This document shows, piece by piece, positions 1-13,369 of a stretch of DNA of 64,000 bases. Where the stretch lies: contig JALDZX010000076.1 of the NCBI GenBank assembly GCA_022813865.1, forward strand, positions 1 to 64,000. Direction: 5' to 3'. A model generated the notes under the pieces. The model was not told the origin of the DNA and searched no databases. It was given only the letters and a program-made list of their open reading frames with translations. Position 1 is the first letter of the stretch. Every line of letters begins with the position of its first letter. The position numbers and the translations under genes were made by a program. This DNA comes from Xylographa opegraphella. Lineage: Eukaryota.

Positions 1-693
1 TGTTAATATATCGCGATAAAACATGGGTGGTGAAATGCTGGGGGGGTGTGCATTGGCATCGGGCTGTGCATTAACCCGGGAAAACTCCTAAGTTGGATCA
101 CTCTTTAGCGAGGAACTTTGCTCTTGCAATGGAAAATCGTACCACAAAAGGCGGGTATTAAGTGAATAGATGGCGGCCTCCCTGTTGTTTCAGCCAATTG
201 AGGCTATACTCGTATTTTACAGCTGGTATTGATACCGATATGCCAGTGGCACCGCTCTACACTTGCTTTATGAGTAGGATAATGGGCTGTGCTCCGATGC
301 TCGGTCCTTCAACTTTCTCAATTGACAGAGAGCTGGTGCGCATTTGGGATCTTCTTGACACATATGCTACTATGGGGTCGTGAATATTTTGAGGACTTCA
401 AGCCAAACAATGCTAGTGCCGCGTTTTGATTAGTTTGTTTGCTTGTCTATGGCATGCTGCATCAATATGAAATTGGTATTACTTGGATGCCGCGTTTCGT
501 TCCATTGTTTATTCCCTTCACAAACAGGTCCTACAAATACGCTCGAGAAGATTGGGGGAGCAACCCATACATCGAAGACCATTGAGTGTAAACATACATA
601 TGTACAGGTACCTAGATCAAAGAAAAGTGGCTTAGTAATCTTAAATTCCACTGCCACTGTTTTTGGATTGTCTTATCCCTTGCTCGTGAGACA

Positions 694-3600
694 ATGCAAG
701 AATCTTCGGGAAATGAAAGTGAAGGCACCATCGACACCGAAACGATGGGATCACGCTACACGACAACAGTACTGAACAATTATCGAGGTCCAAGGAAGAC
801 TACTGGTAGAAAGAGGAAGATACGTTTGGAGACATCCAGAACACCAAGCTCGAGGAAACGCGCCTAGGCAGATTCCACCGATTCGGAACTTGAGTTCGAT
901 GTCAACGAAGATGAACAAGAGATTGAGGACAATTCTCGTACGGGAAGGAAATTGAGGAACATACAGATCAGATTTCCACAGCTTGTTTTCCCGAAGTCGG
1001 CGTTCATTGGATGGGAGCCACCCTTACCAGTTGAAGCCGAAAGCGCACTTCTAGCAGAACTTTTGGCAAGTTGCTTTCTGCATCAAGTATGATTGTTAAT
1101 GTTCTAACGATGACAGACCAGGAAGGGAATCAGAAGAAATGCCAGCTTTGGTGGCTCGTATTTTACCTCTCTAGATCTTGAACAATTTAGAATCTATCAA
1201 CCACCACCAGAGGATGGCGGTGGCAGATATTCTGATGAGCTTTTTGCGCTCCACGACCCTATTACCACAACATCACGCACTCCTTGTTACTCTGATGGGA
1301 TCATACTTGAGGGCAATGACCGGCACTATGTTCAAAAAGTCGCTTTCACATCTCTTTCCATTGGGGGATATGACGACTTGGACACTCACACTGTCGAGGG
1401 CCAAATATGGATACAAATCCAACTTGGAGCAAAAGTCAATGATGGAGGCATGTGGTACCGATTAAAACCCCCTTCGGATGAGTATGCTCGTTATCACATG
1501 CCGTTTCTTTGGGTAGCGGACCTCGCAAAACATGTGCTCGATTTCTTGAATCATCATATGGAGGTTACCCTTAACATGTTTAAACATACATTCTATGTAT
1601 GGTTAAAGAAGATCCATGGAAATACCGCCTCATTGAACAGCTGGTTATAGGAGTACGGAGACACAGATTTTCGAAGAGCCGTCAATGCACATTCCAAATA
1701 TCTCTTGAGTCAGTCTTTACAACTTGGTGATTCTTATGAATTGCATCCGGTGTGGGGAGAAGTGGGCCCAAATCTGAACCAATTGAATGCTGTGGTGAGA
1801 CAAACAGACAGAGTCCAACTCACCGTTGTCACACCGTTCGTATATCAATGTTTCAAGGATATGGCATTCTCGCGATTCTTGAGTCCACAGAAGCCAACAA
1901 AGCTTGCAGGGGATACCTCTCAATGGCGGAAATCCTGTCAAAGCACTCAGTCGTCGACTCGGATGTTCGAATATTCGCGTGGCTTGACCATCAAGACAGC
2001 GACAACAGGCGCTATTGGCCATGGTGATGTTGTTAAGTTAGTTCGCGATAATTCGAAAGACTCGAAATGGAAAGATGACGAACCTTTCTGGTATGCATAT
2101 GTTCAATAAGTGGAACAAACATCAACCGGCAAAGGACTTCGTGTCTTATGGCTTGACGCTCCTTCACACACGACATGCTCTACAATGCAGTACCCAGTGA
2201 AACAGGAATTGTTTCTTTCGGATCACTGTAACTGTGAGGAACGACATCCCATACCGATCGAAGAGGTTGTTTCAAAGACCTCTGTTTCTTTCTTCTGTGG
2301 TCCTGGCAAGCTTACGACAGAGTTCTTTGTCCGTCAACGATTTTCTCGTCAAGGTTCATATTTCATAGATCTAAGGACTGAGCATTTTGATTGTGGGTGT
2401 GGCAAATCACAAGAGAAGAAAAGATACAATGACGGCGATACTGTACTGGTCATATATCCTACGACTGGTGATGCCATGATTCTAGAACCAGTAGTGTTAA
2501 TGAGCTCAGTGAGCTCTACGAGACCAGGTGCACCGGATACTGTCCGAGTTAGAAGACTGCTGCGGAAGGGGAGAGACTTCCAGGATTGTTATGCTGAACC
2601 TAATGAATTAGTCTATAGTCACACGTTTGAGACCGTATCCACTGATAAGATTGTACGGCCATACCTCGTGGGATTCTACACATTGGAGGACCGAGCCAAT
2701 CGGAAAATTCTAGTACCTTACTGTCGGCAAGGGACAGCAGATGCGTATTACATCATTTTTGAACAGTCCGTCACTGGCGATCTGCGACCAGTGAATGTTT
2801 CATCCCTTGATCCACTGAAACAAGGCTTCGACCCACATGAAAGACTCCCAATGCCGAAGCTAAAAGGATTGAGCTTGTTCTGTGGATCAGGAAATTTCAG
2901 TCGGGACATTGAAGAAGGCGGCGTTGTTGAAGAGCTTTGGGCGGTGGACATCAACGGACATGCTATCCATACTTGTCGAGCCAACCGCGCACAACCCGAC
3001 AAAGTCAAGCTGTACCTCGGTTCTGTAAACGATTATTTGCAGCTGGCAATGCAGGGCTCTGATAACAATCTGATCGCACGTCGTGATGAAGTCGAAGTTA
3101 TCATTGGTGGAAGTCCGTGTCAGGGCTTCTCATTTGTCAATTACCGAAGGAGTAACGAAAGTGCACTGAGGAACATGTCTTTGATTGCATGCTTTGCAGC
3201 CTATGTCGACTATTATAGGCCGAAGTATGCACTGCTAGAAAACATCAGTAGCGTGGCTCAGTGTGCAGAAGAGAATCGAGGAAAGAACGTGCTGTCCCAG
3301 ATGCTGTGCGCTTTTACTGCCATGGGGTATCAAGTTCAACAATTTCACCTAGATGCATGGAGTTACGGAAGTCCCCAAAGTCGCTCACGCCTTATCATAT
3401 CTATTGCGGCTCCGGGTTTGGTGCCTATGTCACCACCTGCACCATCGCATTCGCACCCTCCGGGTATCACAAATCGGAGCTTGGGGAAGGCTGCGAATGG
3501 TTCTCCTTTCAGCGAACGAGTCCTTGACGTAGTAACATCTTTTACGTATATCACAATCGGACAAGCGACTGCTGACCTACCAATTGGCTTTGATGCACGG

Positions 3601-4746
3601 ACTACATCTGTGGGTTTTCCAGACCACCGGCCCTCACGATTTGAAGACAACGACTCTCGAATGCGCATATCGTGCATACCTCGATTTCCAAGCCTTTCAT
3701 CAATCGTAGTGGCTCGGGCCGCGGGACTGGTGCCTCAGCCCTTGATTGATGGACATCCCAGCTTCTGGACCCATAAGTTACGGTCAAATCCTCGTACAAA
3801 GGCGTGGACAAGGGCCAATTCGGATACCCTACTGCCAACAGTTACCTGTAGAGCCCTCCCAGCCGATGGCTTTACAGGTAGAGCCTTGCACTGGGAAGAG
3901 GATAGGTGTTTGACCGTCCTGGAAGTGCGCCGTGCTCAAGGTTTTCCAGACCACGAAGTCATCGTCGGTCTCCCGGCCGCCCAGTTCAGACTTGTGGGCA
4001 ATAGCGTCCCTCGAGCCATGGCACTTGTTTTAGGAATGTCTCTTCCAACCGCGTGGCTAGCTAATGCATCCAATCGATCTGCTAATACTGCTTCTCCACT
4101 TGATGCTTCGAAGAAGATGTTACCACCCAGCGATCCTGAATATCTGATTCATGTTCATGAAGAAAACCACGAAACTGTTTACATTTCCAGCGACGAGGAA
4201 GCGTTAGGTTTGGGAGACATCAGAAGCTCCTCTACACCAAGTCCTGCACTGTTGGAGAGGAAGGTGAATATCGGTGAGTCCCATGCGCGAAAGACATTGG
4301 GCCATAGAAGAAAAGGACGAAATATACGAAGTCTGATTGTCGCTGTGCCTACTTCAAAACCACGCGCTGCGGGATCGTTACCCAGAAAGATGGACATATC
4401 AGACATCGAAAGCATTTCCTCTGATTCTGCAGAAGATGAAGTAGTCCGACGGACATCCTTCTTTCAGCAGTCGTCATTCGCAGGCAACCGCATCGTTCAT
4501 GAGGAACCCATAATCAGAGAGTTCACATCTTACAAGAAGCATTCGAAAGTCACAACTATCGCTAACGACGCAGATATCGCCACGGGCGCATTCATTAATA
4601 CCGCTGCTTCCACGTCCAATCCTGTTCGCGGAACAACCAAACTGAAGAAGATGATAATTACTGATAATACACAAAATCCTTTGCCGCCATCGGCGAAGAT
4701 AAGTCATAGCAGATCGGTCCTCAAGGAAACTATTATCATAGATTAG
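694..4746 (+). pseudogene. dim-2: DIM-2-type C5 cytosine DNA methyltransferase, disrupted by in-frame stops
   Basis: One reading frame from ATG 694, with a probable GC-AG intron at 1066-1116. It carries DIM-2 N-terminal motifs (LSIGGY..HTV..IWIQ, WYRL.P..EY, FLWVADLAKH), BAH-like regions (LFLSDHCNC, EPNELVYS) and C5-MTase motifs (LFCGSGNF, SPCQGFS, LLEN, PQSRSR, RAQGFPD, GNSV). In-frame stops at TAG 865-867, TAG 1648-1650 and TAA 2107-2109. Confidence 0.85.
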
Positions 4747-5559
4747 CCACCTCCGTAGAATATTGCTATTCTATTTTTTGCTCAATCATAACTTTTATCA
4801 AAACCAAATCCTTCTGTCTCGCTCGGAAGCACTCGTATTACATTTCTATATAGATCTTGGTCATGCGATCCTCAATCAGTGACTCAATTTTCCAGTGGAG
4901 AATTTCCTGTTACGCGCGACTTTGGGTCCCTCGCCAGGTAGTAGTCTCCACGATGGGACTGGGGAGCGACTGCAGAATGTGTGAGTTCAGTCAGCTCTTA
5001 CTTTGTAAATAAAATACTATGTTGTTCACTTAGCAAAAACTCAAGACACCCATTCTTCGGGTTATCCACCAGCACCTTGCCGTTCTGGGCCTCGGCTTTC
5101 TCACTAGCGGGTCGGATAACAGTAGCGCGGACGTCATATCCATCACGTCAGCCTTACCGGATGTCACAAGCTAATGGAATCTCGAGCTCTGGCCTCCTGC
5201 ATCCCTGAACCAATCTACGTATACACGAATATCCAGACCCTGCAGCTGACTCCAGACTTAATAGCTTAAGTTCCTGTCAGGCAGCACCTTCGCTTCCTGT
5301 TTCTTTCTGTGATTCTGCTTCCCGTGATCTTTAGTCACAGCAGATTTCATTCAGAAACCCGTGTCTGCACCTCGTCACCACGAGGGCAAACACTGGTTTC
5401 CTGCCTTCTGCCACCACGCCTCCTCAGACTCGAAAGCGGAAAGCTACTGACGACTGCTATACCGCGCCTCACGTTACGAAACAGATCAAGTCGGAGAAAT
5501 TCGCGGACGCGGCTCTTCCAACCACGCCGCTCACAAACGCGAGTACCCCACCAGTCACC

Positions 5560-7279
5560 ATGGACTCTGACGACGAATTTATGAGTGGGACCTCGAGTCA
5601 GGAGGAAGCCTTTGGAGATGCACAAGAGAGTGATGATGGGAGCATGGGTACCGATTGCGACTCCTTTCAATTCAAGGTGCACATCCAAGCACCACAGACG
5701 CGTGACTGACCTGGATTTTTCGTGTAGATTTCGACGATGAAGACCAGGATGTTGGATTTTCCCACGAGAAGGATGTCATCAAAACAGTACGAAGACCATA
5801 TGAAGTCGAGTTCAAGGTCCTAAGCCCTGCAGACATTCAAGCACAACAAGATATACAAATCGATGAGGTTGGCTCCATACTCGAACAGCCTCCGGAAGCC
5901 GCCGCTATCCTGTTGCGGTATCTACGATGGAACAAGGAGCGGCTCATAGAGACATATATGGAGAAGCCAGAAGAGTTGTTGGAGGCCGCCGGGTTGAGCA
6001 CTGATAGTTCGGCACCGCCGAGGACGGTCACCATCAAAGGCTTTGTATGCGACATATGTTGTGACGACGAAGAACCAGAGACATACTCACTGAAATGTGG
6101 CCACCGCTACTGTGTGGATTGCTATCGACAATACCTCTGCCACAAAATCAAAGATGAAGGTGAGGCTGCCAGGATACAATGTCCAACGAGTGGATGTAAA
6201 AGGATCGTGGATAGTAAATCTTTGAAATTGTTGGTAACGCCGGAGGTTCAGGAAAGGTTTGTGCAGTGTATCCATTGTCCCAGTGCCTTATCTAATGTCT
6301 ACTCGATAGATATAAAGTCCTCCTTACGCGAACTTATGTGGATGACAAAGACAACCTAAAGTGGTGTCCTGCGCCGAGTTGTGAATATGCTGTTCAGTGT
6401 TCCGTCAAGAAGAAAGACCTGAATCGGATTGTACCCAGCGTGGATTGTGCTTGTCACCATCGCTTCTGTTTCGGCTGCACACTGAACGATCATCAACCAA
6501 CCCCGTGCGGTTTGGTCAAGAAGTGGATCAAAAAGTGCGAGGACGACTCCGAAACCGCGAATTGGATTTCTGCGAATACAAAAGAGTGTCCCAAATGTAA
6601 CTCCACAATTGAAAAGAACGGCGGTTGCAACCACATGACTTGCCGCAAGTGCAAGCATGAGTTTTGCTGGATGTGCATGGGGCTATGGTCGGAGCATGGA
6701 ACCAGCTGGTATAATTGCAATCGATATGAAGAGAAATCAGGCGTTGATTCCCGCGACCAACAAGCCAAGTCTCGGCAATCCCTTGAACGTTATCTCCACT
6801 ACTACAATCGATATGCCAATCACGAACAGTCTGCTAAGCTAGACAAAGATCTGTATATCAGAACCGAGAAGAAGATGATCAGCCTCCAGACCGCCTCAGG
6901 GATGTCCTGGATTGAAGTTCAATTCCTAGAAACAGCTTCTCAGGCCTTGCAGCAATGCAGGCAGACGCTCAAATGGACGTACTCCTTCGCATTTTATCTC
7001 GCCCGGAACAATCAGACGGAGATCTTCGAGGACAACCAACGAGATTTGGAAATGGCGGTGGAGAATTTAAGTGAGATGTTTGAGAAAACCAGTGAGCTAG
7101 CTTCATTGAAAGTTGACATCCTCGACAAGACGGCGTACTGTACTCGGAGGCGAGTGATTCTCCTCAGCGACACCGCCGAGAATCTTAGAGCAGGTATGCC
7201 TCCAGAGTTGCATTCTTTTGTCCAACAACCCTAACTGTTCGCAGGGAACTGGAAGTTCAACACCGACATTACAGGATGA
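5560..7279 (+). CDS. HEL1: Ariadne-family RING-IBR-RING (RBR) E3 ubiquitin ligase
   Basis: Acidic N-terminus, RING1 (CDICC..CGHRYC), IBR, and RING2 (ECPKCNSTIEKNGGCNHMTC), followed by the Ariadne domain (LERYLHYYNRY). Introns at about 5648-5727, 6258-6309 and 7194-7244. Confidence 0.93.
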
Positions 7280-7799
7280 CGTGCCACCTCCTTCGGACGC
7301 GTGTCAATGAATCTCACGATAGCATAATGTTGGCGCAAAGACGGGCTGAGCATGGACGACACGCGACCGCTGGTGGAGTACAATGCAGCATTTTTGGGTT
7401 CCCCTTTGTCCCCGTCCTATATCTACGAGCGCGTAGGAGACGGCGAAACTGTAAATGATCATGTGTCCGGAAGACAATCCATTAGAAACAGCAGTACAAG
7501 TATTACCTAGTCATTTTAATACACGCCATACCTCGTCTTGTACGGTCAGCTCCATGATTATTTGCACGCACACACTCTCTCTCTAGACGTGATTCCGATC
7601 TTGCTCCTATGATGTACAAATATCCTGGGTATCACTATTTCCATGACGACCATTACCCAGTGGAGTTCCCCCTTCCGTTTCCCATCCTATGCTCGCCGTG
7701 TATTTGCACAACGCCTCTCGCTCCTTTTAACCAGCCGAACAAAATTCCTCAGAACCGCTGCAAACACCCCTCCTCGCACGTATGAAAGCTCTCATCAAC

Positions 7800-9582
7800 T
7801 CAATCGATCTCCCACGATCCGCTGCCGTCCCGGTCCTTCGACTCCTCCGCGTTCCGAGACCTACTCGTCCGAGGCAGGAGTTCTCGAAGCGAGATCCCGT
7901 AATCGTCTACGGCCCATACTTGGTCGTGTTCGTTCTCGGCGTCGCTCTGGGCCCATGTGCCTGGGACGACTTGGCCGCGTTCCCCGATGGTGACGGAAGA
8001 AGTGTAGAAAGCACCGCGCGCGATTCGCTGCGCAAGGTTGAGCATTAGTGCGACCAGTTGAATTGGTGGTCCTAGAAGTAAGGCGCATGTTTTCCGCAGG
8101 ATCGCAGCGGTGAGGTGTTGTCCTGACAAACGAGCTTTGGGGAAGTAGAGGTTTCCCGGTGGGGGAAGTGGCGAGAGGGCGCGTCGCCGTCGGCGTAGTG
8201 CTGTACGAGGTGATGGGGTGGCTACTTCAGGCCATAGTTCATCGCTCTGAGAAGCTCCGTCATTGGTTAGCCCTGGTGTCACCGGGTCGAGGGGCGTGGA
8301 TGGACCATCGGTTTGTGGCCATGTTGGCGTCGAAGATGCGTCGGAGAACCCAAAAGACTCTGCGGTTACTGTCAGTTCGGAGACATCCCGTTTGTGTTGG
8401 CGAGAACGAGCGACATCGATGCCGAGGTCAAAGTCTATTCTCTGTGGCGGAGATGGTGGATTTGAATACGGCGGAGAGGGTGGGAGGGGTGATACCGGAC
8501 TGTGGAAAGAACGGAGGGAATAAAAGGACTCGACACTCGAAGCAACACTCGCGGTATCTGAGTCTTGACTTGCAGTTCTTGAAAGCAAGTCCGTGGTACT
8601 TGAGGGTGGTATCGTTTTCAGTATCAGCTGTGGAGGAGCTGTCACCGAACGTGATCCGTTCAGACCTTTTGGCCGTGTAGGAGTGTTGACGGTGTCGAAC
8701 GCATCATCCAGGTCTTTCGAATCCGCCATTTTCAAAATGGCTTTTTCCAGAACTGCTCTATCTTCCTCGTCATCTGTGTTTTCCTCGCTAATATTCCCTA
8801 GACCTACTACCCCTGTAGGCTTGTCTGCTTCACTTTGGTCACTTTTGTCATTGGATAATATTTCTGTCCTTGGGCTTGGACGAGTCCTGGGTGTCCACGG
8901 ACGGTATTGCGTTGGCGTCTTCGGTGATTCGGGTAAATCCACTGTGAACCCTCTCTTAAATGGACACGCTGTTCGTTCATACTGCAGGACTTTTGAAAAA
9001 ACCTCTTTCAGCTCGTCCGCAGTCCTTTGATCTTCAGGCGATGTATTCGGCAATTCGATTCGGTAGTAATGGTTTTCTCTGATCTTAATTGCAAACTTGG
9101 TTTCCCCATCGACACACCAACATTGAGTCTTGGGCAGTATGGGATGAACTAAGCGTCCAGAGTTGAAGTTGAGGAAGGCAGCATTATTGTTGCCACTTCG
9201 GGATACACTGAAGGGACCTGGCAGAAAAGAGGATAAGTGAGCCAGGCTTTAACATACGCAGGAGAAGGAAAGGATAGCTACCAGCTGCAAGTGTACGCTC
9301 GGCGTGAGATTCGAATGGCAATTCTGCAATGGGTGAGCCTTCTTGGTCCAGTCTTGCATGTGAATTTGTATGCGATCTTGTGTAACTATCGGATGGGCTG
9401 AACACAACAAATTTTGTAGAGGGATGAACAAACAGAGTTTCGTTGGCATCTTTATCGACATTATTTTGGAATGACTGAGGCTCCTGAATATTGACCAATC
9501 TCGAAGGTAAGGTGAATGAGCGGCGCAACAGAGGCGATGGTGTGGTAGGTCCTGCAGTGCAAGAAGCCAAAGAGCTGGCCAT
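7800..9582 (-). CDS. INP1: Inheritance of peroxisomes protein 1 (Inp1-domain protein)
   Basis: Motifs ETLFVHP..FVVF, ERTLAAG, FLN..SGRLVHPILPKTQCWCVDG..F.IKIR..YYRIELP and F.KVLQYERTACPF. One intron at about 9219-9281. Confidence 0.8.
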
Positions 9583-9956
9583 TCTGACTATAGTCTCATC
9601 ATATCAATACTAGGATACCGTACAGCCTGACGCTTGACAGCGCAGGTGTCCAACAGCTCCACACTGATATCGTCCGATGAGTTGACTGAGGGGGATGGTA
9701 ATATTGATTGGTTACAGCCTTGCAGATATCCTAGGGATTGGTTGCGCCAAGACTACTAATAAGTCACGAACCAAAGGCTCGGCCAAGGGTGCATCATTCG
9801 CTTAAGGTACTCCGTATGGCACTACTTTATTGCTGCCCTACACCTGTTTACGAACACCAAAAACAAGATTATTTTCTACATCGACTGTGCTGACAGCTCT
9901 CAAGTATGACGGAAAAGTTTGATATAGATGGCTTGGTCCTCGAAGCTAAGCATTCG

Positions 9957-11366
9957 ATGAAGAACTTTGACGCGAACGCCATCTTACGTGGCATACAGCT
10001 CACTGTTGTTGGAGGCATGGCCCCAGAATTGTTGTTTAGTGAAGCCCTGCTGATATCGCAAGCAGCCTATCGAGCTCTTCAGAATCCAGGTCTTTTCAAA
10101 TATGAACATTATCGGCAAGCCGCTATAGCTGTGGGTGCAGGCATCGCTATTCGGCTCCTAATATCGGCTCCTGTAAGACCATTCATTGCTTGAATCCTTC
10201 AACTATGGCTGACAAGTCATTTATTTGTATCAGATATTTGGTATCAAGGCCATCCTGTGGCTTCTTTCATTTATGATTGATTTTGAACATGCTACGTGGG
10301 ATGATAAGCTCGTAGAGGGCTTGGATTTCATCGCCAATTCTGTACTTCAGCTTCCATTTTTCCTAATGAGTTTGATGCGGTACATTACTCCAACACTTGA
10401 TAATATGTAAGTCTTTGGAACCAATAAACTGCCGCCGAGGCTAAACACTTCAGGTTCATGGACTCTTTGACATGGGTTGATCAAACATACATTCAGAAAC
10501 ACAAGACCGAAGATCCATCTACCTTGCGGGCCATGTATTATCCCAACCTTCGACTTTACTCAACTCATGGCGATACAAGTAAGCACAAAGCACCATCGGA
10601 TGCCGCTTTCGCTTTCCTATATCGCTTTGGACGTCGAGCAGCAATTTCGCTAGCTATATATACGCTATCCTACGTACCTCTGGTTGGTCGATTCGTGCTT
10701 CCAGCCGCTAGCTTTTACACATTCAATAGAGCCGTCGGACCGGTTCCAGCGACGGTTGTCTTTGGAGCCGGCATTTTGTTACCTCGAAGGTATCTCGTGA
10801 TTTTCTTGCAAAGCTATTTTTCATCGAGAAGCCTCATGAGAGAGTTGGTACGTCGGAGATGGTTCCGTATTCTGTTCAGTGTTTGCCTGTGTTTCATCGT
10901 GCCGTTCCACTTGACTCTTGCGCGTGTATCCAAGTTTTTGAGAACTTTGGTTTCGTTATCTGGAGTTACAGATGCTAACGCTTTCCATCGTGCAATGTAG
11001 CTTGAGCCATATTTCTCTCGCATTAGGTTCACGAAAGAGCAAAAGAAATTATGGTTTCGTGATAGGGAAGGGTTATTGTTCGGGTTCGGGGTGGGCTTCT
11101 ACGTCTTCCTCCGGATTCCTCTCCTCGGTGTTCTTATTTACGGTATTGCGGAAGCGTCTACAGCTTTCCTTATAACTAAAATCACGGATCCACCACCACC
11201 ACCGGCCTACAGCGAGCAATTTACCGAGAGTCAAGTTCGATGGACCAACAAGCACGAGTTCCTTCACCTTCCAATATCACACATAGATGCCCAGAACATG
11301 CAGACAGACGAGGCGGGCCAACCCCCGATTCGGGTACAAGAAGTGTCAGAAAAGAAATACACTTGA
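9957..11366 (+). CDS. usgS: UsgS-like transmembrane protein (EI24-like), upstream neighbour of formamidase
   Basis: Motifs NAILRG.QLT.VGAYRALQNP, FMDSL.WVDQTY and LEPYFSRI.FTKEQKK.WF.DREG.LFGF. Four introns. An alternative upstream ATG lies at 9906. Confidence 0.85.
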
Positions 11367-11542
11367 ATAGTCTGAGGTGCGGCTCAAGTATCCTAGTACC
11401 ATGGAGTAAAAAAGCACATGGAAAGAGACGATTGGTGGCTGCGACTGAGACGCGTCATCGGTGGTGACAGCAGAAGCGCGGCTAACGTCGAGCTTTACGC
11501 GCCAGACGAGCTAAATTACGCCAAGGGCATTGGTTTGAGGTA

Positions 11543-11657
11543 CCCCGCATGGCCTGGTCTGGTGGGGGTGGTGGGGCTTACCTTAGAGCTTCCTTATTCA
11601 TGGATATTTCCAAAGGCAGGCCAAGCGTGTCCGATAAGGAGCGGCAGCCGTCTTATC
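11543..11657. promoter_or_regulatory. Putative AreA (GATA) and CreA sites upstream of formamidase
   Basis: Inverted GATAAG (11633) / CTTATC (11652) pair. SYGGRG matches at 11543 (minus strand), 11562 and 11571. Confidence 0.5.
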
Positions 11658-11867
11658 ATGAAGCAATAATAATACCCAAAGATTGCCTACTTACCGGCTA
11701 CGTCAACGATGCCGAGGACTGTACGCGAATGGGCGCTCGCCCGGCAATGGCCCCGCTTTCTTTCACTATGACCTCCGCAATCTCCCTCTTACTCATGCAA
11801 AGCACAATACCGCTTTTACAGTTGAATTCCATCGCTCTTCAACCGCTGCTCATCGTCGATTGGAGTC

Positions 11868-13369
11868 ATGGGTCTCAAAGAAATCAGAACTGCCTTGAAG
11901 GTTGACTTGAAGAAACCGGCGGCTGATCAACCTGTACTTCATGTGCGTTTGCCTACCAACCGAGGAAGATACATATTACTGACAATGACATAGAACCGAT
12001 GGCACCCTGATGGTAACTCTGATGGTTGTTGATCGGCAAGCTGCTCGCTGACCAAGTTGACTTCACAGTTCCTTTCGCAGGAACCATTAAGGAAGGCGAG
12101 ATCGTGAAAATTGAGTGTGTGGATTGGACCGGAGGGCAGATTGGAAACAATGATAGCGCCGACGATATGAAGAATGTGGATCTCACCAAAATTCACTACT
12201 TATCGGGCCCATTCGAGGTTGAAACGGCCGAGCCGGGAGATGTTCTGGTCGTGGAGATTCAAGACGTGCAGCCATTTCAGGAACAGCCTTGGGGCTTCAC
12301 CGGGGTATTTGATAAGAGCAACGGTGGAGGCTTTCTAGACGAGATTTATCCCAACGCGTAAGTTGTGTGCACTGAACCATGTGTCCTATACCCACTGACC
12401 GAGTTATGTGTGAAGTGCCAAAGCAATCTGGGATTTCGAGGGAATATTCTGTTCATCGCGACACATTCCGCACGTTCGCTTTCCTGGTCTTATCCATCCC
12501 GGTATCATGGGATGTGCTCCCTCCGCGGAGGTCTTAGCGCTTTGGAACAAGCGCGAAGGCGAGCTGATCCGTACAACTACACTGGAGCGTATCGTTGCTC
12601 AACCTCCAGAGCCCCAGAACGTCCACGCTGGTAGTGCGACCGGAGAGATCAAGGAAAAAGTCGGAAGAGAAGGTGCAAGGACAATTCCCGGAAGACCTGA
12701 ACACGGCGGCAATTGTGATATCAAAAATTTAAGTAGAGGCAGCAAAGTATTTCTGCCCATTCACGTGAAGGGAGCCAAATTCAGTGTTGGAGATTTACAC
12801 TTCAGTCAAGGCGACGGAGAGATTTCCTTTTGCGGCGCTATCGAAATGGCCGGTGTTATCACTCTCAAGCTCTCAGTGATGAAGAATGGAATGGCGGACC
12901 TCGGAATGAAGTCGCCAATCTTCCTTCCAGGACCAGTAGAGCCACATTACGGTCCAGGACGATACCTCACCTTCGAGGGCTTCAGCGTAGACGAGCATGG
13001 GAAGCAGCACTATTTAGATGCGACGATAGCATATCGTCAGACGACCCTGCGATGCATAGAGTATCTCAAGCGTTTTGGTAAGCATCTCAACGACACCAAA
13101 GACCTTTCTCACTGACTGTCGCCAGGTTATGACGATTACCAGATCTATCTACTGTTGAGCTGTGCGCCAGTGCAAGGTCACGTGGCCGGTCTGGTTGATG
13201 TGAGATTAATGTGGATCGTGCTGTTGCGGCCGAATGCTAATTGCGATCACAGATCCCCAACGCATGCATGACCATGGGGCTACCCATGGACATCTTCGAC
13301 TTTGACATCTCTCCGACAGGACCAGCAAAGAAGATGGACATGGGCAGTTGTGCGTTCACAAGCAAATGA
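11868..13369 (+). CDS. fmdS: Formamidase (FmdA/AmdA family)
   Basis: Motifs LHNRWHPD, ECVDWTGGQI, HYLSGP, GGNCDIKNLSRGS, GDLHFSQGDGEISFCGAIEM and DIPNAC. Five introns. Confidence 0.96.

Noticed and set aside
694..2109. Alternative genetic code (TAA/TAG as sense) to explain the dim-2 stops
   Set aside because: Neighbouring conserved genes end normally at TAG (e.g. ATG9, COG6, BolA, NIF3), and I saw no internal stops in them.
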